A stretch of 64,000 bases of DNA from Candidatus Marinacidobacterales bacterium (GTDB taxonomy: Bacteria > Acidobacteriota > Vicinamibacteria > Marinacidobacterales > DATDRI01). This document shows positions 54,950-64,000 of the stretch, piece by piece. Position numbers and translations under genes: made by a program. The stretch is taken from NCBI GenBank assembly GCA_965219415.1, contig CBDCNP010000001.1, positions 1 to 64,000 on the forward strand, given 5' to 3'. The first letter of the stretch is position 1. Each line of letters begins with the position of its first letter. The notes under the pieces are model-generated. The model saw nothing but the letters and a program-made list of their open reading frames with translations. It was not told where the DNA came from and did not search any database.

Positions 54950-55127
54950 CCTCCTTATTCTTCCAGAACTCGAAGCTCCGCTCCGAGCCCTTCAGCCACG
55001 GCAGGTCCTCGGTGAGCCGCTTCAGCTCATCCTCTGAAAAGACTTGGTAGACCTTTCCCGAAGCGGCGTCGATCTCTTTCTCCAGTGGTCTGAAGACCCC
55101 ATTCCTGTACTCGACCTTAATGCTCAT
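54927..55127 (-). CDS. Antitoxin (AF2212/DUF104-like N-terminus)
   Basis: IKVEYRNGVFRPLE..FWKNKEDAVYD; overlaps the pemK start. Confidence 0.75.
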   Translation of the reverse strand: MSIKVEYRNGVFRPLEKEIDAASGKVYQVFSEDELKRLTEDLPWLKGSERSFEFWKNKEDAVYDRL

Positions 55128-55158
55128 TATCCAGATTATATCAGGCAAAGCTTGACCG

Positions 55159-56584
55159 CGTCCTGTGCCAAAACTCGGCCCTTTTGAAATAGGCCATAAA
55201 TCAGCAACTTAGTGTCTGTGTTTGCGACCGGGCCAAGGGCCGTGGGCTTTACAATCGTCTTGGGCGGGCGGGTCGTCGCCATGCAGATGACCACCTAGTC
55301 GAGAGCGAATATCGAAGCGTGTTCCTGAAGCGGTTTCCACGCTACGCCTGTCGAGCCCGCCGAGTGGCTACCGTCGCCGGCGACCATCTACGCGGCACGG
55401 CAGTAGTAGTTGAGAATGCCCCCAAGTCGCTCTCGCGACACGATGGGGCTAGTGTCATTCGCGCTTGCCGGCAGAGGTGTGATGAGCTCGTTGCCGAGAC
55501 CTTGGTGGTTCCGTTCTGTGTGATAGTGCACTACGTATTCGGTTACCGCTGTGCGCAGGTGTCGCTCACTGAGAAGTACGAAGCGGTCGAGACACTCTCG
55601 ACGTATGGAGAGAACGAATCTTTCCGCGTATGCGTTCAGATTCGGACTATTAGCGGGAAGGCGAAGGGGCTTCACGCCTGAATCTCTCAACAGCCCACGT
55701 ACCGCCTCGGTGAATAGCGGGTCCCGGTCGTGGATGAGGTATCGCTTGCCAAGGAGGAAACCATCCCACATGTCCGTGAGGTTTCTTGCCACCTGCTTCA
55801 TCCACTCCCCGTTTGGGTCTGAAGTCATCCCACCGATGCACACGCAGCGAGTGGCGATATCGATGACAAACAGGACATGGTAGCGGACGAGCCCGAACGG
55901 GTTCGCAACCTCGACGGTGAACAGGTCTGTCGCAGCGATAGCGCCCCAATGAGCCTTGAGGAAAGTGCTCCACGAACATGCTCTTGCCCCGCTCCGGAGC
56001 CGGCGCGATACCGTGCTCGGCGAGGAGCCTCTTGATGGTGTTGCGTCCGAGTTCATGTCCTAGGTTCTTGAGTGCGCCTCGCAGGCGCGTATATCCCCAC
56101 GTCGGGTTCTCCTGCGCCACGCGCACAATGAGCTCACGGATGTCCTTCGCCGTCGGAGGTCGGCCTGGGCTCCGGTTCTTGCTGCCATCGTACTTGGCTG
56201 CGATGAGGCAGCGGTACCAGCGCAGAAGCGTAGCGGGTGTGGCAACGGACGCAATCTGGGCCAGCGCCTCGCGGCCCAAAGCCTGGGCCTTGACGGCGAG
56301 CCTGCGCCGGTCGTCGTCCGAGAGACTGAGACGCTTGCCCCGAAGCCCGGCTCGGAGCACACGGTTCTCCTCTTGCTGGTAGTCGATCACATCCTGCTGC
56401 TGGCGGTTGACCCAGCCAGAACGAGCAGTAGGAATTGCACGTGGTACGTCATCATGGATCTGAAGATAACACCCCTCGGGCCAGACGATTGTAAAGCCCA
56501 CGGCCCTTGGCCCGGTCGCAAACACAGACGCTAAGCTGCTGATTTATGGCCTATTTCAAAAGGGCCGAATTTTGGCACAGGACG
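55159..56584 (-). mobile_element. Full-length A-family IS, 1426 bp, 102-bp terminal IRs, frameshifted rve transposase (55388 to ~56455); extra right end at 56585-56722
   Basis: 55159-55260 is the near-perfect reverse complement of 56483-56584; no TSD. Confidence 0.9.
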
Positions 56585-56739
56585 AGGTGGTCATCTGCAT
56601 GGTGACGACCCGCCCGCCCAAGACGATTGTAAAGCTCACGGCCCTTGGCCCGGTCGCAAACACAGACACTAAGTTGCTGATTTATGGCCTATTTCAAAAG
56701 GGCCGAGTTTTGGCACAGGACGCCATCGGACTTACAGAC

Positions 56740-58191
56740 TCAATCTTTTTCGGTAGCCGTGACGAGGCGCTCGGCGCTTCGTTGAGCGGCTCGCATCAAC
56801 TCGCTTTCACGCCATCCACGCAGCTCCCCGCCCTCAAGTAGGATCTTTCCGTCGACCAGAACCGTGTCCACGTCGCTGCCGTGTGCCGAGAAGACCAGCA
56901 GCGCATAAATGTTGCTGTAGGGCCCGCCCACGATGAGTGGACTCCAATGAGGCTTGCCCTCGGTGTCTAAGAGAATGATGTCCGCCTTCTTACCAACCTC
57001 CAAGGATCCAATCTGTTCCTCCAAGGCCAAGCCGAAGGCACCGTTCCGCGTGGCCATTCGCAGCACCTGCCGAGCAAGAAGCGCCTGCGGGTCCCGGTAC
57101 CGGATGCGCTGAAGAAGGGCAGCCAACCGCATCACTTCAAACATGTCCACTTTGAAGCTGCTCACCAAACCATCGGTCCCTAAGGAGACGTTCACCCCGG
57201 CGTCTATTAGCTCGCGCACCGGTGTAATAGGCATTCCTTCCTTGGAGACGCTTACCGGACAGTGAACGATCGTTGCCTCGGACTTCGCCAGGGCGGCGAT
57301 GTCCTCTTCGTTGACCCAGACTCCGTGGGCGAAGCTCACCCCTTTCCTGAGAAGCCCGATACGCTGCAGCATCGGGAAGGGTCGCTCCGAAAAATGCTGT
57401 GAAAAGAACTCAAGCTCTAGCAGGATCTCCAGCAGGTGGCCGTGGAAGCCGGTTCCGTAAGTCTTTGCTGCTTCGGAGACGACTTGGTACATGGGCGTGG
57501 TGCCCGATTCCTCGAACGGCTGCTTGTAAGACTCCCAGGTGAACCAAACCTGGACTCGATCATCGGTTTGCTGCTCGTGGCTTTCCAGATAACGAACCGT
57601 ATCGTTATAGTCGCCGTAGCCTTTTTCGTCCCGATGTAAAGCCAGTCGGGCACGGATTCCCATGTCTTGCGCCGCCTCGATACAACCGTCGAACAAGGCG
57701 GGCATGAGCGCGGTGGTGGTCGTTCCCGAGCGGATCGATTCCGCCAAACCGAGCATGCAGCCCGCGTAGGAGTCTTCCCGCGTCATGCTGTAGGTGATGG
57801 GGTCCACGATACGCACATGCCATTCCTCTTCGGTCATGCCGTCGCCGAAGCCCCGTGCCGGACGGGAGTGCATATGCCCGTTGACCAAACCGGGCATGAT
57901 GATCTTTCCGCTGGCATCGATGCGCTGGGCATGCTGCCACTGGCTCGGCGCCTCTCCTTCGCCTACGGCAACGATACGGTCTCCTTGCACCACGACATAG
58001 CCGCGCTCGAACAAGCTGTCTTGGTCGTCCAGGGTAACGATGATGCCGTTGGTGAAGAGGAGGCCATTCTCTTCTCCCGCCTCTTGTGCTTCGAGAGGTC
58101 GGGAGCCGAGCCAAGCGATCGCCGTGACGAGCAGTAGGATTGACGTAGAGACAACCCAGTGCCGAGTGGATCGAATACTTTCGTTCATCAT
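56740..58191 (-). CDS. Exported amidohydrolase (MTA/SAH deaminase-like)
   Basis: MPGLVNGHMH, HGHLLE, FAHGVW, HCPVS, LGTDG. Confidence 0.9.
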   Translation of the reverse strand: MMNESIRSTRHWVVSTSILLLVTAIAWLGSRPLEAQEAGEENGLLFTNGIIVTLDDQDSLFERGYVVVQGDRIVAVGEGEAPSQWQHAQRIDASGKIIMPGLVNGHMHSRPARGFGDGMTEEEWHVRIVDPITYSMTREDSYAGCMLGLAESIRSGTTTTALMPALFDGCIEAAQDMGIRARLALHRDEKGYGDYNDTVRYLESHEQQTDDRVQVWFTWESYKQPFEESGTTPMYQVVSEAAKTYGTGFHGHLLEILLELEFFSQHFSERPFPMLQRIGLLRKGVSFAHGVWVNEEDIAALAKSEATIVHCPVSVSKEGMPITPVRELIDAGVNVSLGTDGLVSSFKVDMFEVMRLAALLQRIRYRDPQALLARQVLRMATRNGAFGLALEEQIGSLEVGKKADIILLDTEGKPHWSPLIVGGPYSNIYALLVFSAHGSDVDTVLVDGKILLEGGELRGWRESELMRAAQRSAERLVTATEKD

Positions 58192-58238
58192 GTCATCCTC
58201 ATCAAGTTCGGTCTTCAAGAGTGCAGCATCAACGGCCG

Positions 58239-59290
58239 TCAGAACCGGAGAGACGTCGAGAGATTGAACCGTCGCGCCGCGTTGAGTCCCAGGATCTTCG
58301 CGATGTCCCCATCGCTGAAACGCTCGTAATAAAGACGATCGGCCCAGAGGTTGATATTGCGAACTTGGCCGACCACCGTCCCCGGATCGCAGATGCTGTG
58401 CTCGCTTCCAAACATCACCTTGTCCATGCAATCCACGTCACGGGCCAAGGCCAGCATGGCCATCAATTGTTGCGGTGGATAGGCGCACCATGAGGAAAGT
58501 CGAGAGAGAAATTCTCGTGCTTGGCCGTGACGAGTACTGCCTCCGGCCACTGGGCCGGCCCACCTGCATGGGCAACGTTGACCTTCAGCTCCGGGTAGCG
58601 CCGACCCAATTGATCTAGGCTATGGATCTCCGCGAGAGATCCATACTCGAGGGGCGCAGCGGCAACTGGCGCCCAGCCGGTGTGGAAATCTATCAAGATC
58701 TCGCGCTCCATGGCCCTCTCATAAAAAGACCAGATTTCCTCGTCGTAAGGATCATAACCTTCATAGGCGGCGAGGAGTTTGACCCCCTTGAAGCCCAAGT
58801 CCGCGATCTCATCCACAAACTCTGGTCCCCGCCAGGGCTCGAAGAGAGGGTCATACATGGGAACTCCCACCAGCCGGTCGGGATACTTTTCTAGCTGTTG
58901 GGCCAAGTACGCCAGCAGATTCCCGCGTCGCCCGCGTCTTCGTGAACCGCTCGTCACCATGACCAGCGAAACGTCGACTCCCCCTTCGTTCATTCGCTCG
59001 ATGATCTCTTCGGGAAGATACGAGTACTTCTTCGGATTGGGATGGCGCTTGCCCTCCCCATCATAGATAGCATCGAAATTCTTGAACAAAATGTCGCGAT
59101 AAGCCTTCCCCTGTTTGGCGCCCTCCGGGTCACTCATGTGGACGTGCATGTCGAACACGAAGGGGCGACTCGACGCACTTTGAGCAACGGGAGGCCCAGG
59201 CTGCGAACCGCTGTCGGCAGCGACGGCTGTGACACCACCGGTGGTTAACAGAGCACCTTTCAAGAATTCTCTCCGACCTACTACACTCAT
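58239..59290 (-). CDS. Tat-exported amidohydrolase_2 family protein; frameshift near 58497
   Basis: GRREFLK; DMHVH, FHTG, AHAG; C-terminus KVMFGSE in another frame. Confidence 0.8.
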
Positions 59291-59303
59291 CGCAGTTCCT
59301 CCT

Positions 59304-60905
59304 TTACCCGTGTTTCACTCCTTCAGGGGCGACGCCACTTGGCGATCCTGCTTCTGAACGCCTATGCACCTCCCCCGCACATCGGTATCCGGACTCGAGC
59401 GCACCGTTCATGTACGCATGCCAGAACGAGGTATGCTCTCCCGCGAAGTGCACTCGCCCCTCCGGTTTGACGAGCGCTGGCAGATGCGTCGTCATTTGCC
59501 CGGTCTCATACACCACGTAAGCCCCACGGTTCCATTCCTCGGCGTCCCAAAACCAAATCTGATGATCTTCGGCGTGCTTACCGACGTCGGGACTAACCCG
59601 GGCGATCTGATCCAGAATCTCTTCCCTTTGTCGCTGACCGCTCAGTGCGAAAATCTCCTGGGCGGCCGGGGCGGTCGTGTAGTTTCGCAGGATCCCTCGC
59701 GGTCCCGGCTGGTTGCCGGTCTCGTGGGACAAGATCCCGATGGGAAGATCGCCCCATAGGCTTCCATTCCATCCTTGCTCCTCCCAGTACCGTTGACGGA
59801 ATTGAAGGAAGAGCTTATGCAGTGAAACGTACGGGACTTCCTTGATGGCTCGGGTCTTCTTCTCGCTGAATGGCGGGAGGACCTCTACCAGCCGTAACGT
59901 GGGCAGCGGTAAGGTGCAGACCACGTAGTCGACGGAAATGCTTTCCAGAGCGTCCCCCTGCCGGACCACCACCCTTGCCTCATTGGCATCCTGTTCGATC
60001 CGAACGACCGGAGTGCCATAACGGATCTTGTCCGAGAGTCGCTTGGCGAACGCAAGGGGGAATTGATCGTTGCCGCCAATGATCCGAAACTTATGACCGG
60101 TGCGAAGCCCGATGGCGTCATCCATCAATAAGTAGAGAGGGGAGATCCGCTCCAGGGCGTTGCCGTTGTAGTAGTTGTCCAGTGACCGACCGAAGATCTC
60201 CAACAGCCCCTTCGAGGCACCTCGCTGCTTGAGGAACTCGCCGACCGGGACCTGGTCGAGATCTTTGAGATCTGCCAAATTGGGAATATCCGCGTTGACC
60301 AGCCGCGCGTAACTTTTGGAACCGAAGTGGTAGGCGTTGAAGTCCACGTAGGCGAGGGTCCCTATGGGGGGTGCACTTCTGAGAAAAGAGATGTCTTTTG
60401 AGGTCAAGTCGTACGGCAGAATGCTCGGATCGGCTTCGACTTCGGATTGCCGATACGCACGTCCTTTAAGATAGAGTATTCCAGTCGTTTTCTTGACCTG
60501 GGCGCGCGGGAACATCGGCTGCAGGGGCATGTCAAACTCCATGCAATAGTGCACGGAGTACCGGTGCATGGTGTAGAAGTTGGCCGCTCCCGCCTCCACA
60601 TAGAGCCCGTCACTGAATCCCTCTCGTAGGGTACAGACCCGGCCGCCGGGCCGGTTTCGCGCTTCGAGCACCACGACGTCGTGACCGAGCCGGGCGAGCT
60701 CGTAGGCGGCGCACAATCCCGCCAACCCGGCACCCAAGACCGCCACCTTTCTGGGCAGCTTTGCTCGCCGCGGGAGAATCGGAGGAATGTCCTCGAACAG
60801 GTGCTGGAGCGCCATCAGCCTGGGTGCATACCAGTGGGAGCTTGCTCCGGCGATGGAGCTGGTAATTAAGGCGGTAAGAAAACGCCGCCGACTCCAATGA
60901 GGCAT
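59304..60905 (-). CDS. Flavin monoamine oxidase family protein with Tat-like signal
   Basis: SRRRFL; VAVLGAGLAGL, EAR.RPGGR, HFAGEHT..MNGALESG. Confidence 0.92.
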   Translation of the reverse strand: MPHWSRRRFLTALITSSIAGASSHWYAPRLMALQHLFEDIPPILPRRAKLPRKVAVLGAGLAGLCAAYELARLGHDVVVLEARNRPGGRVCTLREGFSDGLYVEAGAANFYTMHRYSVHYCMEFDMPLQPMFPRAQVKKTTGILYLKGRAYRQSEVEADPSILPYDLTSKDISFLRSAPPIGTLAYVDFNAYHFGSKSYARLVNADIPNLADLKDLDQVPVGEFLKQRGASKGLLEIFGRSLDNYYNGNALERISPLYLLMDDAIGLRTGHKFRIIGGNDQFPLAFAKRLSDKIRYGTPVVRIEQDANEARVVVRQGDALESISVDYVVCTLPLPTLRLVEVLPPFSEKKTRAIKEVPYVSLHKLFLQFRQRYWEEQGWNGSLWGDLPIGILSHETGNQPGPRGILRNYTTAPAAQEIFALSGQRQREEILDQIARVSPDVGKHAEDHQIWFWDAEEWNRGAYVVYETGQMTTHLPALVKPEGRVHFAGEHTSFWHAYMNGALESGYRCAGEVHRRSEAGSPSGVAPEGVKHG

Positions 60906-61022
60906 GAGTGGCCTCCTTGCTACACGGTACAACCGTTCCCTGTCAAGCTGAATGTCGTCGACCCGCGTCAGATGGCATCTTGGTCGGCCTGAGTATCCGG
61001 CCGCGGTTATTGAAGTCGGAAC

Positions 61023-61188
61023 GGTGCTTCCGCCATTAAGTGTTGGTGAGATGACGCTAAGACTTTACGGTGCATTAAATTACAGCCAAAATGGCGCTCA
61101 CGACCTTCGCCGCGCGCTAAATGGAGCTTAAGCGCCTCTTTTGCAAAGGGATACGTACACATCACCAACAGCAAACAGCGCAAGCACC
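61023..61188 (+). mobile_element. 166-bp IS1-derived MITE
   Basis: Full-length copy with both IRs. Confidence 0.9.
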
Positions 61189-61568
61189 AAGACCGGAACA
61201 TCGACCAGCCGGAAGAAAGTGCGGTTTCCGAACCCGTCCTGACGGACGATGGCAAGCCCCTCCGGCATTGGCTCCTCGTCTCCGCCGGAGTCGTCGGGAT
61301 TCCTTTTGTCGTGGGGATCGTCCTGTACTTTCTCCTTACTGGCGGAGGTATCGACGAGACCGGGGAGGCTCCCGACGCACTTGAGGCGCCGACAAGCACC
61401 GTGGCAGAGTCGGCTGCGCCACCGTCCGGCGAGACGGAAGCTCTACCCGAGGCGGCGCCGATCGTTCTGCCACCGCTGTCCACCAGCGATGACTTCGTCC
61501 GCGCGATAGTCGAGAAGCTCTCCGCACATCCCGTGCTGGCGTCGTTTGTGGTGACCGAGCAGCTCATT
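61189..61568 (+). pseudogene. DUF3014-like membrane-anchored protein fragment
   Basis: TM segment, Pro/Glu linker, LPPLSTSDDFVR. Confidence 0.6.
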
Positions 61569-61794
61569 GGTGCTTCCGCAATCAAGTGTTGGCAGCAGAT
61601 GCCTAACCCGTTCGTGTACTAGAGTTTGAGCCTGATTTCGAGAGACTCAGTTCTTTCGGCGATGCCGGCTGGGCTGACGATGCGGTGCCTTACATTCAAG
61701 GACATCTTCGTGTGCACGCCGACATCCTTGTTAATGGCGTTCGAAGACACAGGCAGGACAACTAACACTGGTATTCAAACGCGGCTTAGCAACA

Positions 61795-63239
61795 TATCTG
61801 GACTCCTCTAGTCAAGCCCCTTTCTTTCTAGTCACGCCCCTTTCTTAATAAATCTTCCATCGAAGCTGCGCATCCATCGCGTCGTGACGAGTGGGTCAGA
61901 CTGCAAACGTATCTTCGGCCTCAGTGAGGAGCGTCTTGGGTGCTCCGGGCCATGATGGAAAATCCGCGCGCGAGGAGCCAATCACTTTGAACGACCTCTT
62001 AGGGCCAGTGTTGCTATTGGCTTGACCCCGCGCCGGTCCGACCGGTACGCCATCAGTTGGATGGGTATCGTCGCAGCCTCTTTTGGAAGGGAAAAAGGAA
62101 AACACGAAAGTGGAGCCTCTAAATCTAAGCGGCCACCGGCGACTGGAATTCACTCTCGCGGGTGGAGACGGCCCAGACGATCCGGGCGAGTTTGTTGGCG
62201 ACAGCAATCACGGCCTTGTTGTGTCCCCGCGAGCGGTGGACCTTCCGAGCCCAGGCGCGGAGCTTGTCGGGCGGGCTCTTGCTGACGTTCGCCGCGCGGA
62301 GCACGGCGCGCCCGCCCTGGGTGAGGAGCATACGGAGGTAGGAGTCGCCACGCTTGGTGATGCGTCCGAGGCGGCGAATGTCGCCACTGGAGTTTTCCTT
62401 GGGAACTAGGCCGAGGTAGCTCGAGAAGCGGCGCCCCGATGGGAAGCGGCGAAGATCGCCGACGAAGCCCACGATGGCGGTCGCGGCCAGAAGTCCGATG
62501 CCGGGAATGGCGAGAAGTCGTTGGACTTCAGGAAGCTGCTTGGTGAGCGCCTTGAGCTCGTGCTCGATGCTAGCGCACTTGTCCTTGAGTTCTCGAATCT
62601 CGGAGCAGGCATCACGGAGATGCGAACGGAGCACGTCGGGCAAATCAGAATCAGCGTCTTCGACGAGTTCGAAGAGGGCGGGCACGACGAAGTGAGCGCC
62701 CTTTGGGATGATGAATCCGAGTTCGCGCAGGAGCCCGCGTACGGCATTGATGCGTGCGGTCCGTGTGGAGAGCCATCCTGAGCGCAGGCGATGGAGCGCA
62801 GCGAGGGTGTGCTGGTGCACGGACTTGATGGGTACGGGAAGAAGCTCCTCGTTCCTGTAGGCCTCGAGCAACGCCTTCGTGTCGGCGCGGTCGTTCTTGC
62901 TCCCGCGTCGATACGGCCTCACGAGGTGAGGTGGGAGCAGGACGACGTCGTGTCCCAACCTTCGGAACGTCCTTGCCCAGAAGTGAGCCGAGCCGCAGGC
63001 TTCGAGAAGCACGGTGGCAGCGCTCTGTTTGGCAAAGAACGACACCAATTTGGGTCGACTCACACGGAGTTGCTTGGACACCTTCCCCGCTTCTCCCGAG
63101 ATGGCAATCTCGAAGACGTTCTTTGCAAGATCCACAGCGATTGTCGTATCTTTCATTTGGACTCCTCCTTTTCGATGCGTATTCGACTGACTTTGGCACA
63201 TCGATGCCGTCTATGTCAGTGGAGGAGTCCATTCCATCA
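61795..63239 (-). mobile_element. IS110-family (IS1111 group) element; recombinase at 62125-63156
   Basis: AVDLAK, LEAC, KNDRAD, GLVPKENSSG; sub-terminal IRs TGGACTCCTC; long 3' non-coding region; CA/TG core at both junctions. Confidence 0.95.
61895..62060 (-). ncRNA. Bridge/seek RNA of the IS1111 element
   Basis: Position downstream of the recombinase; contains segments matching the target and donor junction sequences. Confidence 0.8.
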
Positions 63240-63257
63240 CTTGATAGCGGAAGCACC

Positions 63258-63451
63258 AGACAGCGCGAAATGGAGTCGTGCATCGAACTTGGAACTGTTT
63301 CAATCCACTCCCCCCGCCGAAGCGAGGGGAGACGGCAAGTATTCCGACTCAATGTCACCGGGGGCGGAGAGTTTCAATCCACTCCCCCCGCCGAAGCGAG
63401 GGGAGACAACAAGTCATTCCGTTCCCGTCAACGCCACGTGAGTTTCAATCC
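63258..63451 (-). CRISPR. Orphan CRISPR fragment: two full 37-bp repeats (63297, 63371), two partial repeats, three spacers (35, 37 and 34 bp)
   Basis: GTTTCAATCCACTCCCCCCGCCGAAGCGAGGGGAGAC; reverse complement ends ATTGAAAC; not the I-E repeat. Confidence 0.9.
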
Positions 63452-63768
63452 CGTCCTGTGCCAAAACTCGGCCCTCTTGAAATAGCCGATAAATCAGCAG
63501 CTTAGCGTCTGTGTTTTGCGACGGTGCCAAGGGCTGTGGGCTTTACAATCGTCTGGCCCGAGGGTGTTATCTTCGGATCCATCATGACGTACCATGTGCA
63601 AATCCTACTGTTGGTCAGGCAGCCGTTGTTCGATCGGGCAGCCCTGCTGCTCACACAGACCTCATGGGTGCTTCCGCCATTAAGTGTTGGTAAAATGACG
63701 CTAAGACTTTACGGTGCATTAAATTACAGCCATGGTCTTTCAAAAGGGCCGAGTTTTGGCACAGGACG
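63452..63768 (+). mobile_element. Second copy of the composite element at 1905-2222
   Basis: Near-identical sequence, opposite orientation. Confidence 0.9.
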
Positions 63769-64000
63769 GGGTCCCGGTCGTGGATGAGGTATCGCTTGCC
63801 AAGGAGGAAACCATCCCACAGGTCAGTGAGGTTTCTTGCCACCTGCTTCATCCACTCCCCGTTGGGGTCCGACGTTATCCCACCGATGCACACGCAGCGG
63901 GTGGCGATATCGATGACAAACAGGACATGGTAGCGGACGAGCCCGAACGGGTTCACAACCTCGACGGTGAACAGGTCTGTCGCAGCGGATAGCGCCCGTC
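63769..64000 (-). pseudogene. A-family transposase internal fragment
   Basis: Matches 15060-15283. Confidence 0.9.

Larger units (their letters stand above)
61569..63257. mobile_element. Internally deleted IS1 element (61569-61794 + 63240-63257) interrupted in its right IR by IS1111
   Basis: Joining the flanks restores TAGCAACACTTGATAGCGGAAGCACC; homologous to 16703-16850. Confidence 0.88.

Noticed and set aside
14415-56584. Tn7/CAST interpretation of rve transposases near cas genes
   Set aside because: No TnsC/TniQ or effector cas genes; the cas genes are separate truncated cargo.
1179-56841. Many short ORFs sharing peptides such as [18 protein letters not shown] or HQHLMAEAP
   Set aside because: They are translations of the repeated ends and MITE, not a protein family.
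63262-63296. Spacer resembling MITE sequence (GCGCG..AAATGGAG)
   Set aside because: Only a short gapped match; not a credible protospacer.
241-63768. Treating the recurring A/B/D motifs as a CRISPR array or integron attC sites
   Set aside because: Spacing and orientation are irregular, the motifs lead into transposase starts, there is no RYYYAAC...GTTRRRY structure and no tyrosine integrase.

Overview
This is not an ordinary chromosomal segment. It is a mosaic of several dozen unrelated genes, operons and gene fragments stitched together by recurring transposon ends. The main end families are: A (CGTCCTGTGCCAAAACTCGGCCC, about 26 copies by manual count), B (CGTCGTGTCCAAAAAYACAAACGAACTC, about 15), D (TGTGCCTTCTATTTATTCATCC, about 9), minor TGT-type ends, and IS1-family ends with a 166-bp MITE (GGTGCTTCCGC, about 18). 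A, B and D belong to related single-ORF rve/DDE transposases. These ends lack matching target-site duplications and form hybrid mini-elements, whereas the resident IS3 (x2) and ISL3 copies have clean TSDs. Cargo is rich in defence and toxin-antitoxin modules: an MTase + kinase-ATPase + CARF-like operon, DUF4062-NACHT, HicAB, IrrE-DUF4411, pemK, type I-E cas1/cas2 and two CRISPR remnants. It also includes TonB receptors, amidohydrolases, glycosyltransferases and transporters. The most striking features are: an IS1111 whose bridge/seek-RNA region visibly encodes guides for the IS1 terminal repeat it sits in; the candidate kinase/CARF defence operon; and a CRISPR leader-repeat joined exactly to MITE DNA. 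All calls are by eye, without database searches, and assembly chimerism through the repeats must be excluded.
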